Source: Prasinococcaceae sp. CCMP 1430
Taxonomy: Eukaryota; Plantae; Prasinodermophyta
Direction of reading: 5' to 3'
DNA length: 64,000 nt
Assembly: GCA_013416795.1 (NCBI GenBank)
Contig: RQSC01000011.1
Location: 298,721-362,720 of the forward strand
Below, one piece after another: positions 33,067-45,700 of this stretch; the first letter of the stretch is position 1; every line of letters begins with the position of its first letter. Both the position numbers and the translations under genes were made by a program. Below the pieces are notes generated by a model. It was not told the origin of the DNA and searched no databases. It saw only the letters and a list, made by a program, of their open reading frames with translations.

Positions 33067-35302
33067 ATGGGCGCCAAAGAGACCCGCGGCGTCCCGGTCG
33101 AGTACTGCGGCGTGCCCGTGACTTCCTTTCCCGCCCCGGCGCGTGAGTTCCTCGGCGCCTTCGACGCGAATGGCGACGGCGTCATCGACCTGAGCGAGCT
33201 CGAGTCGGCCGCGCGCATGCTCGAACACGCGCGCAAGGGCAGCCTCACGGTTGACATGTTCCCCGAGCGCCTGCAAGACACCGTGCGTGCTCTCGACGAT
33301 GAGGGCGACGGCGTGCTGGAGCTCGACGAGATCACCGAAATGGTCGAGACGTACGCCGCTCTGAAGGAGCAGAACAAGACGGGCGAGATCAACATATCCA
33401 CCCTGCCCAAGGAGATCCAGCCATCGCTGAAGGTGTTTGACGTCGACGGAGATGGAACCGTAGCGCCCATGGAGCTCGCACGCGGCGCCGAGCTGTACAT
33501 CGAGTCCAAGAAGACGGTCAAGAAGCTCACCAGGCTCTCGGTTGCGCTGCTCTTGTTGATGGGCGTCATGCTCGCCGCTATCACGGGCCTCGTCTTCGCC
33601 GTGGTCGAACTGTCCAAAGAGACCAGCACCGGCTCGGGCGGCGTGCAGACCGTGAAGGGCGGGGATGCGCCCGTGGCGACCGCCAAGGTGGAGGAGCGCG
33701 GAAAACTCTTTGATCTGGCAAAGGCCAAGGACAGCACGCTGCTCGCCGTTACCAAGCTCGGCCCCCTCTTTTCGGGGGAGGACAGCCACGCCTTCAGCGT
33801 CACCGGCTACTCGCGCATGGGCGGCGAGGTGCGTTTCTACACCTCGAGCGGCAGCATCGTGTACGTGCGCGAAAACGAGTACCATGTCGCCTCGGCCCAG
33901 GGCGAGACGATCATCCCCGTCACGACCAGGGCCGATGCGAACCAGCGGCGGCGGCTGATGTCGGACACGAGCGAGGAGAGCTTCACCCAGGACGTGGGCG
34001 CGAGCATCGTGGATAACAACAAGCCCACGCCCCCCAAGGAGTGGACCTGCGATCCCGGCTATTACGCCGTGGGCGACGGCTGCGACTGCAACTGCGGCGC
34101 GCCCGACCCGGACTGCCTGACCTGCGAGGACGACGGGACGTACCAGCAAGGTGTGTTTGGCTGCAACAACACTCTGGACCGGTGCGCCGCCGACGCGACG
34201 TGCACATCGGGGCCGCACCACTGCGCGGATGGCAAGACGATGAGCGAGGAGGAGCACAGCGCGTGGCTGTTAACAGCCACCGACAGCTACAGCGACGACT
34301 ACGCAGACAACCACACCGACTACGACTACGACTACGACTACGACGACTACGGCTGCGGCTACGGCTACCACGAGGACTTTGGCTACGGCTACGGCTGCCA
34401 CAACTACGACTACGACGACCCGACGCGCCGCCACCCTACGACTCCTTCTACCCGCCGTCACCGGATGCGCCCCCACCGTTCTACTCGCCGCCGTCACCGG
34501 ATGTGCCCTGGCCGAACGCGCCCCCACCGAACGCGCCGCCACCGGACGCGCCCCCACCGGACTACTCCTATGACTACTCCTACGCGCCCCCACCGGACGC
34601 GCCCCCACCGGACGCGCCCCCACCGGACGCGCCCCCACCGGACGCGCCGCCACCGGACGCGCCTCCACCGAACGCGCCACCACCGTACGCGCCGCCGCCG
34701 AACGGTGACGACTACGAGGACGATCCTCCCATCGAGATCCTCCGGACGTTGCCGGAAGAAGAGCTTGACTACGCGGAGACGGAATTCGCTGTTGACCTTT
34801 TCGACAGAAGTTATGGGTACGATGGGCAGACTGCTATGATGGATATTGGAGAAGTGTATCACCCCCTGTGGCTCGTGTGGCGCTATTTTGCCAAGGTGCG
34901 GCGCGCAGACGACCGCTTAGGCCGGCGCAAGGGGGGGCGACGCGCGCCGACTTCAAGTGGGCGGCCTTTTCGAGAGCCATCGCCAGAGACCGCTTTGACA
35001 TCCGCAGGCACTCCGACATCGACTTCGCGGCGACGGATGACGACGGCCACCTCTATCGCGAGGAGGGATTCGATGAAATGTTCCCCAAGTCACGGGAATG
35101 GAGGGAATTCGCGGACCTCTTCTATGGCGCGGATTACGATTACAGTGGTACTCTGCCGTCGCTCGAGTGCAAGCTGGACGACGTGGGCGTCGTGACAGGT
35201 GCTGTGTACGCCGATGCCGAGGTTTCCTTTGTCATGGATGGCGACGAGACGTCAGCATTGCGTTTCCGATCGTTTTCCACAACGATCGAAAGGAACAACT
35301 GA
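33067..35302 (+). CDS. Type II membrane protein: three EF-hands, one TM, Cys-rich module, Tyr/Asp and Pro-rich repeats; frameshift near 34420; intron 34896-34957
   Basis: EF loops DANGDGVIDLSE, DDEGDGVLELDE, DVDGDGTVAPME; TM LSVALLLLMGVMLAAITGLVFAVV; WTCDPGYYAVGDGCDCNCGAPDPDC; (YD)n; PDAPPP repeats continue only in the shifted frame. Confidence 0.75.
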
Positions 35303-36181
35303 AGCCAAGACTATCGAGCCGGCACCGCTGGCCGCGTTGCTGACCGTCGCTGAGCGCCTCGACAAAACGTAGGCACTCCCCAGTTGAACTTCGCCCACGA
35401 GGACGGCGAGTTGCAAGGTGCGGTCACGCATCTTTGAGGGCGACAAGCTCAACAACCTTCGAGCCACCTGGGGTTCGAGCACGCAAATGTCAGACGCTGC
35501 ACGATTGCGACCACAGCAGATAGAGCTATCGACGTCGCATCGCCCACTCCTAGTTTCCTGCGCCCGCCATCCCAATGTGTATGAGACATGGCGTGTGTGG
35601 ATCCAGTCGCTCGCCCCGCCTGCTCCGCCCCGCGCGCGCGGGGTGGCGGGCACGCCGCCGGCGCCGTTCCCCGGCAGCCGCGTACCAGGACTGTACTGTG
35701 GTCCAGCTAGACTCTCGAGGCAGCCGGCCGACAGCGCCGGGTCGCCAGGGTTCTCTAGCTAGCTAGAGACTACTCCTACAGTCGTCGTACTGTAGAACGC
35801 AGCGTGACGCCGTGTCTGGCCGCACCAACGGGCGGTGAGACCGGGGATGACATCCTCTGACCGAGGCAGGAAGGCGGGGTCACCCGGGTGAGCGCGAAGG
35901 ACAGTACATGTACATACAGTAGTCACTAGTGCAGTACTAGTACTACTGTACTGTAACTGCCCTCGAGCTGTACGAGCGAGCGTGTGTGGGGTGAGGGGGG
36001 TGGGTGGGGGCGGTAGCAGGAGCCACTCGAGGGCGCCCCAGCAGGCGCCCACCGCCGCGCCGCCTTGACCCCTCCCTGTTTCCCACGCGCGTGCCCCCTG
36101 TGGTGGTGTGTGTTGGGGGGGGGGGGGAGTGCGGCGCGGCGTGGGCGCGCGCTTTGCCGCCGCGGCGTCCCGAAGGCGACG

Positions 36182-38318
36182 ATGTCCATCTGGGAGGGCG
36201 TGGCGCCGCGTGCCGGGCTGCGCGAGCCGCTGCTCGCGCCGTCCGACGCGCACCGCCGCGCTGCTGGCGCTCGGTGCGCGCGAGGCCGCCTGGGTGGGCG
36301 CCGGCGTCGCGGCCCTGCTTGTGAGGCTGCCCTTCTCGCTGTCGATGCCGCTGTGGACCGCGCGTGCCGTGGACGAGCTCTATGGCTCCGACGAAGCGCG
36401 TGACATGGCGGCGGTGCGGCGCACGCTGCTGTACATGGCCGCCGCGGGCACCATCGATGCCGCGCTCGACTTTTGGTGTGTGTTCCTCTTCGGCTATGCG
36501 CAGCAGCGCCTCGTGCGGCAGCTGCGGCTCGACACGATGGCGGCCATCCTGCGGCAGGAGGTGGCGTATTTCGACGCAACGACCAGCGGTGAGCTGCTGA
36601 GCCGGCTGACGGCGGACTGCGAGGCGATGGCGGGCGACCTCACCAACGTGCTGCGCTCGGTGGTGGAGGCCGTTGTGCGCATCGGCTGGATTGCCGCGTA
36701 CATGCTCTACTCGTCGCCGCGGTTGGGCGGGGTTGCGTGCTGCGTGGTGCCGCTCACCGCCGCAGTGACGCGCTGCTACGCGCGCTGGCTGCATGCCAAC
36801 GCCACGCGCGTGCAGGCGGCGCTCGCGCGCGCCAACGCCTCCGCTGCCGAGGCGCTCGCCGGCCTGCGGACGGTGCTCGCCTTCGCCGCGGAGCGCGCCG
36901 AGCTCGCGCGCTTCGGCGCGGCCGTCGAGGAGCACCACTGGCTCAACGTGCGTCAGCTGGTCATAACGGGCGCGTACTACGCCGTGGCCGCCACCCTGCT
37001 CTCTAACACCGCCGTGGCGGTGGCGCTGCTAGCATACGGCGCCGTGCTTGTCGCGGAAGGCTCCATCTCCCCCGCCACGCTGCTGGGATTCATGCTGTAC
37101 CAGGCGCAGCTGCAGGAGTATTGGAACAACCTTCTGAACGCGCTCACCGGCTTGGTGCGCTCGTCGGGCGCGGGCGCCAAGGTTTTCGAGCTGCTCGGTA
37201 GGCAGCCCAAGTGCGTGCGCCTCGACGGGGGCGGGCTCGGCGACGCGTGTGGTTGGCTCGGCGACGGACTACGCGACAACACGGCGCCGGGGCGGACTGG
37301 TGGAGGCGGACGCGTGGGTGCTGACGCCGATGCGAGCACGCGCGCCAAGGCACGGGCGCATTTGCTGGGCGTCGACGTGCGCGACGTGTCCTTCGCGTAC
37401 CCCACGCGGCCATCCGTGCGCGTGCTCGACGGCGTGGGCCTGCGCGCGGAGGCCGGCGAGACGGTGGCGCTGTGCGGGGCGAGCGGCAGCGGCAAGAGCA
37501 CGCTTTTTCACATGCTTCAGGGGTTCTACGAGCCCGACGCGGGAGGCGTGTTCCTCTTGGGCGATGTGGTTGGTGGCGAGGCCGCTGTGTGTGCCATCCC
37601 ACACCGTGCTCTGCATCGGCTGGTGGCGCTGGTTGGCCAGGAGCCGGTGCTCTTTTCCGGGTCCGTGGAGTATAACATCCTGTACGGCGCGCTCGCCGAC
37701 CTGGTGGCGGAGCGTGAAGTAGCCGACGTCGCGCGCCCGCGCATGCGCGCTCGCGAGCGCACGCGAGCGGGGCTCGCGGGGGCGTTTGGGCTGCGCGGGC
37801 GCGTAGGCGCGGACTCGGATGTGAGGGCGAGCGGCTGGGAGGACCTCGTCGGCTCGCCCGCGGCCCTGGTAGACCTGCGCGCGCGCGCGCGCGCCGCTGC
37901 GGCCCTCGCGAACGCCGCGGGCTTCATCGATGCGCTGCCCGAGGGCTACGCTACGCAGGTGGGCGAGGGTGGCGCGGCGCTGAGCGGCGGGCAGAAGCAA
38001 CGTGTGGCCATCGCGCGGGCGCTGCTCCGCGACCCGGCGCTGCTGCTGCTCGACGAGGCCACCAGCGCACTCGACTCGGAGAGCGAGGCGGCCGTGCAGG
38101 AGGCGCTCGAGTCCGCTGCCGCCGGCCGCACCACTATGGTCATCGCGCACCGCCTGTCGACCATCCGCCGCGCGGACGCCATCCACGTGCTGCGCGCGGG
38201 CCGCGTCGTGCAGAGCGGCACGCACGCCGCGCTTCGCGCCGACGCGCGCGGCGCGTACGCGGCGCTCGCGCACGCGCAGGAGCTGCGCGACGACGCGGGG
38301 ACAGATGAGGACTCGTGA
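36182..38318 (+). CDS. ABCB (TAP-like) half-transporter; likely start ATG 36182 is out of frame with the main ORF
   Basis: TMD followed by Walker A GASGSGKS, Q-loop VGQEP, LSGGQKQRVAIARAL, LLLDEATSALD, IAHRLST. Confidence 0.92.
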
Positions 38319-38493
38319 CGCGCGGCACGGACAGGGCGTCGCGCACCACCGCGAGGGACGCCACCCCAAGCCACCCTCCGCCACCCTCAGCCCCGTTGCG
38401 CGCGAGCCAGCTCCAGCCTGCTCCAGCCATGCCTTGCCGAGCTTCACATCCCGGTCGGGAAGCACCTTGTAATAATTTTTAATGTATACAAAA

Positions 38494-38620
38494 CCCACGG
38501 GAGATCATTCTGGGCCCTAGACTAGACTAGTACTAATATTTGTGCATTATATACCCACGGGAGACTCATTTCCGTGCGCGTGCCCTTAAAAGCCCGATAC
38601 GTTTCAAGACCCCACGGGAG
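38494..38620 (+). repeat. Three spaced copies of CCCACGGGAG in an AT-rich intergenic island
   Basis: Exact 10-mer at 38494, 38554 and 38611, each followed by A. Confidence 0.85.
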
Positions 38621-38814
38621 AGTTACTGTACATTCACGCGAGCCTTTCGTTTTGACCTCGCGTCGCCGGCCGCGTTCCCCCGGGCGCGGCCGCGGCGAAA
38701 AGCGCGCCGGCGGCGCGCCACGCGTGCGCGCCCCGCCGCAGGCGCGTACCCGCGGACGCGCGCGCGCAAGGGAGCGAGAAAAGCGGCGTCGGGTACAGGC
38801 GGGAGGCTGTGCAC

Positions 38815-39840
38815 ATGGAGCTTCTGCAGCTGGACTTCGCGCGCGCCAAGGCTGCGCGCGGGCTCACAGCGAGCGAGGCGCGGTCGGTGCTGCGGCTGCT
38901 CGTGCGCACCGACGACGAGCAGGCTGCCGGGGAGCGCCTCCCCGCGGCCGACGCGTATGGCAGTGAGGCAGGCGCGGGCTACGAGCAGGAGGCGCCCTCT
39001 TCGGCGCTGCGCGCGCTGATGGCACTCGCCGCGGAGGCTGCACGCACACTGGCGGCGGAAGGCGAGCTCTGTTTCGACGACGAAGGCCCCGCACTTGCCG
39101 CCGAGCGTGCCCAGCGTGCCAGGAACGCGCTCGCGCTCGCGCTGCGCGCCAACGAGCAGATGGAACAGGCCGCCCGCGATGCTAAACGCCGCGCGGCGCG
39201 TGCGCGCGCCGAATCCCAGGCTCTGCGCACGGCGCTGGTGCGCGCCGAGCGCGCGTGCGCCTCAGCCGAATCGCTGCCGCTCGCGCGGCTGCCAGCCATG
39301 GGTGCGGCGGCCACGCGCATACAGGCGGCCTACAGGGGAGTGAAGGGGAGGCGGAGCGCGCGCGCTTTGGCCATGGCCATCCTGCGCGGCGAGGACTTGG
39401 CGGACGGCCTCGAGCGCTCAGAGCAGCGCTCTCGCGAGGTGGCGACAGCTGCCTACTCGAAGGATTTGCAGGTCCCACAAACCGCGAGCTACCGCCAGCC
39501 CCCTCTGAGCGTCGTGTCGGCTGCGCGCAGGCGCGCCCGTGAGCTGGAGGCGGAATGCGAGCGTCAAGGTGCCAGGGCGCAGGCGCTCGAAGCGCAGCTC
39601 GAGAGCGCTCGCGCGATCGGAGGCGATGGCGCGTCGCAAACGCTGGCGCCGGGGGCGCTCGACGGCGAGGGGAACGTGGAAAAGGCGGACGCTGGCGAAA
39701 GTGCGGTACTGCTGCGCGCGCGCGTCACACAGCTTGAGCGTGCGTTGATAGCAACGGGGACGACACTGCCGCCGACGCCCGTCGAGGCCGACGGGCGCGT
39801 GCATGCGCGCGGCACGACCGTAGAGCTTATTGAAAGCTAA
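38815..39840 (+). CDS. IQ-motif coiled-coil protein
   Basis: AATRIQAAYRGVKGRR IQ motif between Ala/Glu/Arg-rich coiled-coil segments. Confidence 0.65.
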   Translation: MELLQLDFARAKAARGLTASEARSVLRLLVRTDDEQAAGERLPAADAYGSEAGAGYEQEAPSSALRALMALAAEAARTLAAEGELCFDDEGPALAAERAQRARNALALALRANEQMEQAARDAKRRAARARAESQALRTALVRAERACASAESLPLARLPAMGAAATRIQAAYRGVKGRRSARALAMAILRGEDLADGLERSEQRSREVATAAYSKDLQVPQTASYRQPPLSVVSAARRRARELEAECERQGARAQALEAQLESARAIGGDGASQTLAPGALDGEGNVEKADAGESAVLLRARVTQLERALIATGTTLPPTPVEADGRVHARGTTVELIES

Positions 39841-40200
39841 TCGGGAGGTGCACGAGCGAAGAAGGATCGCACCTGTCGTGCCCCACGCACATCTGTTCAC
39901 TGTACCAGCGGCGAAAGGCGCAAGCACGCGGGCGACCCGGCGAGCGCCTTGTCGGGGGATGCGTAAGGATAAGTGCATGCCCTCGCAAAAGCTCCAGACT
40001 GACTTGTACTCTCCTGGCGAGCTTGCTGGAGCTACATGGCAAGAAGTCGCGCACGAGCTACACGCCACGTCCATCTAGAGCATGTCTATACACCAAAACG
40101 CCGGACGCGTGCGACACGTCTGAGTGGCGACGGGATACCGACAGCTAATTACGGCGAGAGCAGCAGCCGCCCAACGACAACGGCTTTCTCCGTGTGTCGA

Positions 40201-41680
40201 CTACGCATCGTCTGAGTCCGACTCGTCGTCGCTGCCGTCATCGCTGTCATCACTGTCGCTGTCGCTGTCCGCGAGGAGAGCCGCCTGCTGGCGGAGCAAT
40301 TCGGCCTCCTGGTCCAGCGCCGCTTCGTCCAGCGGCAGCGGCGCCAAAGGCATCGGCAGCGTGGTGCCTGTTGCAGCCGGAGTGTTGCCGACGGCCTTCG
40401 TGACATCGATCTTGGCCTTGGGCAGAAGTTTGGCGTAGCCCTGCGCAAAGGCACGAACGGACGCGCGCACGTTGACAAGCACGACAGCGAGCGTGCATGC
40501 GGTCGGGGAGGGCAGCCGTCAGCACACGCCCGCACGAGGGGACAACACTCCCCGCAAAGGCGGAGGCTGGCACATCAGTGGAGAATTAGGTTGTGTTTGT
40601 AAGGTTGTCGTCACGCTGCGCTCCGATCATTCGATGTCATCACCGTGCCAACTTGGCGACAGGCGCGCCCACTTGCCCTTGCGCTCGCGCAGAACGAAGC
40701 CGCAGGATCTCGTTCAAGTGCGCCTTCGCGCGCGCGCGCGCGCACCTTCTTGTGCAGGTTGTGTAGGTTGTCGTAGTTGAAGCTCTCGTCCTTGGTGTTG
40801 AAGTTGTACGTCACGCAATGCGTCTTCTCCAGGGCATTGTAGTCTGTGACGACGCCCTCAGCCCACCCCTCCTCGAGCCAGTACACCAGTAGCGACTTCC
40901 CCATGAGCTGGAGCGGGTCGCCACGCAGGGCCGCGCCGAGCTCCTCCTCGCTGCCCATCATGAGCCCGGCGCTGTCAATGCGCCCCCGCTTCGCGCCAGC
41001 GCCGGTCTTTTGCTTCTTCGCAGCACCCCCGAGCTTGGCGCTCGCCGCGCGCTTGGCACCCTTCCGCAGCGTCGCAATCTGGCGCGAGCGCGCGGCGTCA
41101 GCGCCCACCGTGCGCACACCAGGCGGCGCGCTTTGCGGGATGACGCTGCGCCGCGTCGCAGAACAGCGCGGAACAGCTCGGCGCAGGGCGGTCCCGGGCG
41201 GCACGCGAGCAATGACCCGCACCTTCTTATCATCCTTCACCCGCAGCTTCTCCGACTCGCACCAGCCCATCTCCAGGTGCTCGCACAGCCCACGCAGCAT
41301 GCCGAGCACCTCGCCACCCTTGACGCTGCCCTCATCCATTGCGTACATCGCCTTGCACACAGCCTTCACAAGACATGCGAGCACCGGCCGCGGTGGTGTG
41401 AGCGCACGCGCGCGCGCGGCCGCCGCGGCAGAAGCAGAGCGGTGATCGGCACGCGCACGCGCCGCGCAGTGGGCGGCAGCGCCGACGGCGCGGTCAGCAA
41501 CGATCGCGCTTGATCAGGCCCGTCCCTCCCTCCTCTCCGGTGCCATCCCACCCCACCCCTGGCGCTTATGAGCTGTGTGGGCGCCGCAGCTCGCGCTCGC
41601 TGCGCGCGCGCCTGCGGCCGCGTGCGCACCGTGTAGGCGTCCATCTGCAACTTGACGCGCATTTCGTCCTGGGTCGGCAT
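40201..41680 (-). CDS. EML: EMSY-like protein (ENT + Agenet/Tudor); exons 41680-41630, 41363-41223, 41078-40746, 40440-40201
   Basis: Spliced KLQMDAYT|AVCKAM resembles the ENT helix; DPLQLMGKSLLVYWLEEGWAEGVVTDYNALEKTHCVTYNFNTKDE resembles the plant EML Tudor; acidic tail. Confidence 0.72.
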
Positions 41681-42748
41681 GGCACCGACCGCCGTCGCCC
41701 ACGCCCTTCCTCACAGCCCCCCTCCCTTTGCCTCCCTGCCCTTGTCCCCCACGCGGTGCGCTGGCGCCGCCGCCGCCGCTCGCCGCCGCCGCGGCGGCCG
41801 CCACACCAGGCCCGCCTCTCACCCCCCCACCCACTCTCCCACCGCCGCACGCAGCTGCTCGCGCGCAGCAACGCCCTTGGCCACTTCGCTCAGGGCTGGC
41901 AAGCGCCCCGGCGGCGGGCGCCCCGCGAAACGCGCGCGAATTCGGCCGAAAGCAAAAGAGCTGGAAAACCAAAACCAAAACCAAAACCACAACCACAGCC
42001 CCGGTTGGGACCTCCCGGATGTGTTGGGGCTGACTGCATTGTACCAGGTACACACTAATATTCTATTCCTAACCACAACCAAAAACCAACCAAAACCAAA
42101 ACTGGGAGTCCCGACCGACCGTTGGTGGCGGTGCCACCCCGACCTCGACCTCGGCACGCGTGCGCATCGTTGGCGGAGGTGCGGAGCGGAGCCCGGACCG
42201 AATGGAGCGTCGACGCGCGCGCGTGCCCCGCCCCCAATCCGACTGAGGGGCCTCGATCGGATCAAACCTCCCATCAACACGGCGGCGCCCGTCCGCCTCC
42301 AGCCCGGGCCGAACCGCAACGGATCCAACGAAACTCGCGGAATGAAACTTCATAAGTGTGCGAATCCATGCGGAACCCACACGCGGGGACTCTACCGACC
42401 GCGCGCCCGCCTTTTTTTTTTTTTTGAAATGGGGGAGGGGAGGAAAGAATGCAGGCGACGAGAGGCCATGATCTCAGCCCTTTGTAAAAGGATCTAAATC
42501 AAAAATTTGAATTTTTCGCGCGCGTGGCTGAGAGCGGGGTGCATGGGCGGGCGAGGCGCGGCGGGAGGGGACGCCACACCTCGCGCTCGGGGCGGGCGGA
42601 CGGGAGGGGGGGGGGGACCAGGTGGGTTGAGGAGGGCGAGGAGGAGGGGAGGAGAGAGCTGGTCGGAGGGCTGCGCGCCGGTGCGCGCCGCTGCGCGCCG
42701 CTGCGCGCCGCTGCGCCGGGATGGCGCTACGGCGCGGGCGATGACGCC

Positions 42749-45700
42749 ATGGACGTGGACGCCGACGCCGGCGCCGAAAGCGACGCGGGCGCCAGCCTCG
42801 CCTCGCCCGAGTCCCTGGCGCGCGCGCTGCGCGCCATCACCACGCGCCACGGCAAGCTGCTCTCGACGCGCAGCGAGGCCGTGCGCGCGGCGGCCGCGCT
42901 TTGCGGCGACGTGCTCGCGTGCGAGCGGTCGCCGGCGCAGGCCGTGGAAGACGCATGCGAGGCGCTGCGTGCGCTCTGTGTTGGCGGTGGCTTCGTCACC
43001 GTGGCGCTCGCCGCGTGCGTGCTCAAGGAGCTGCTGCCATGCCTGCTCTACGGCGCTCCGCCCGCGGCCGCGAGCGTCAACCGCTCGCAGCCCACCATGA
43101 GCCGCGCCCAGAAGGCGTGCCGCGCCGCGGCGCTCGAGGTGGCGTTGTGTGTTGCCGACTCGACCACCAGCGCGGCGGCGGCGGCGCTCTCTCGCCAGCT
43201 CTGCCTTCGCGCCCCCGAGCGCGCCGACCTGCACAACCTGGCCATCGAGGCCGCGCGCGACCTCGTGCACACGCTGCCGCTCGCGGAGCGCCATCGCATG
43301 GGCCGCTTCCTCGCCAAGCTCAGCAAGAACGGCAAGCCCGTGCGCCGCCAAGTCGCGGTCGAGCTCGCTGGCGAGCTGCTCGCCACCATGCCTGGTGCGC
43401 AGGACGAGATCCCGGCGGGCATGGAAATGGAGATCGTAACCCCCGGCTCCGTCGCCGGCACGCCGGGCTCAGTGTACGGCGGCACCCCCTCGGGCACGCC
43501 CGGTGGCGGTGGCGCGCGCTCGCCCTTCCCGGTCACACCCGGCGCTGCTGTTGGCACGCCGTACGCTTCCACACCAGCCAGTGCGACCGCCGGCACGCCG
43601 CAGCCGACCCCAGGCGCGTTTGGCCAGAGCGCCCCCCTCTCGTGGGGTGCGTCCTGCGCTGGCGTGGTGGTGGCGCGCGCGAGCGACCGCATGCCCGCCG
43701 TGCGTGCCAAGGCTTTGGCAGCGCTGGCGGTCGCACTGCGCGCACTCACCGCCGAGGGCTTCCACGGCCTCGTGGCGCGCGCAGCGAGCGCGTCGCCCGG
43801 AAGCACGCTCCTTACCACCGGTGCGCACACCGATGCACTTCTGGGCTTTACGGCCCCCACAGATGCTGGCACGAAGGCCACCGCGTCGACGCCGGTTGGA
43901 CCGACGCCCATGGACGACACCGCGGGCAGGGAGGGCATCAACGCCGCTGCGCGTGCGTCCGCACGCGCAATGGCGCCCCTGCTCTACCGCCGCGTGACGG
44001 ACGTCAAGCCTGCGGTGCGCAAGGCAGCGCTAGCCGCGCTCGAGTCCCTCTGCACGTCCGCTGGCCACGCCACCCGCGAGGATATTGCAGCACTGTCCGC
44101 GTGCTGCTCCGACAGCCTCGTGAGCGTGCGACGGCAGGCTGCGGCGTCTCTCGGTGCGATGTGCGCGTGCCTGCCGAATGACCCCGCGCTTGCCCGTGCG
44201 GTCGCAGAGACGGTGCTTCCCCTCGCCGCGGACCCGGAGGCGCAGGTCGCAGACAAGGCCGCGGACGTCTGCGAGCAGGTCTTCCTCGCGCCCCTCGTGA
44301 CCGGCGACGCATCAGCCGCCGAGGAGGTCGCGAGCACGCTGGGTGCGCTTGCAGATGCGCCGAGCGCGATGGCGGCCTTGCCCCGCGCTCTTGGCGCGCT
44401 GCACGCCCGCAAGGCGGTGAAACCCGCGCATGTACGCGCGCTGCAGGCCTGCTGCGCCAAGGGCACGCGCACGAGCGCGCGCGCGGGAGCGCTGGCACTC
44501 CTCGCGCAGCTCGCGGACTGCGCGCCGGGCGCAGTGTCGGCGGAATTCATCACCGCGCAGTGGAAGAGTCTGGACGCGTCCTCTTCCGTCGAGGAGGACT
44601 CCTCCATGGCCGACGTGCTTCGCATCATTGCCAAATGTGGCGCCTCTGCGCTGAGTGCCGATGCGGGCGGACAGATGACTGCGACGCTGGCGGGTCGCCT
44701 GGCCGCGTGCGCCGCGTCGCCCGCGACCGTATCGGCGATGATGGGCGCTGCCATCGCCTTGGGCGGCACGCGCGTCCTGCCGCCACTCATGGAGTCTGCT
44801 GCCAAGCGCGTTGTGCGCGCGGTGACTGCCGGCGATCTCGGCACCGGCTTCGAGTCAGGCGTGCAGGACAGCGCGCAGAGCGCGACTCTCGTTGCTGCGC
44901 TGTTCATGCTCGGCGAGTCAGCGCTCATCTTGGAGCGCGAAGCGCCCGCCGAGGCCGTCACTATGACTCAGGCGCTGCTGGGCGCGTACCTTGAACGCTC
45001 CGGCGACGCCAGCAGCGTGCGCGTGCCCTCTGTTGTGCGCGCGCACGCGTGGTGTGCCCTGGGCAAGATGTGCGTCGCGTACGAGCCGCTCGCCAAGAAG
45101 TGTGCGGTGCTTTTCGTCGCCGAAGCCGAGTCCGGGGCCGAGGCCGCAAGCCGCAACAACGCGCTCGTGGCGCTGTCCGACCTCTGCGTGCGCTACACTG
45201 CGGTCGTCGACGGGCGCATGGAGAGGCTGGCGTCATGCCTGCGCGATCCCTGTGAGCTGGTGCGCCGCCAGGCGATGCTCCTGCTCGCGTCGCTGCTGCA
45301 GCGCGACTACCTGAAGTGGCGCGGCGCGGTCTTCCACCGCTTCTGCCTGGCTCTTGTGGACGAGAGCCCTGCCATCCGCGACCTCGCCACGCACCTACTG
45401 GGGAGCACACTTGCAGCTAAGGTGCCCATGCTCGCGCACAATCACTTCGTGGAGGCCTTCTTTGTGCTCAACGCGTGCACGATCGGTCCTGGCGCGGGCG
45501 CTGCCGTTCCTGAGGGCGCCAAGGCCCGCTCCCTGTTCTGCCTCGAGGGGACGCACATGCGCTCTCGCCGTCTGGCCGTCTACCGCCGCCTGCTTGCCAC
45601 CATGACGCCCGAGCAGCGCTTCGCCTCTACTGCCCGCCTCTGCAGCGAAGTGCTCGGCTGCGTCGCGGACGGCGGCCTGCCGGTGAACGAGTGCGAAGAA

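Noticed and set aside
38494-38620. CRISPR-like repeat-spacer array
   Set aside because: Only three 10-11 nt repeats, not of CRISPR length, no cas genes, eukaryotic context.
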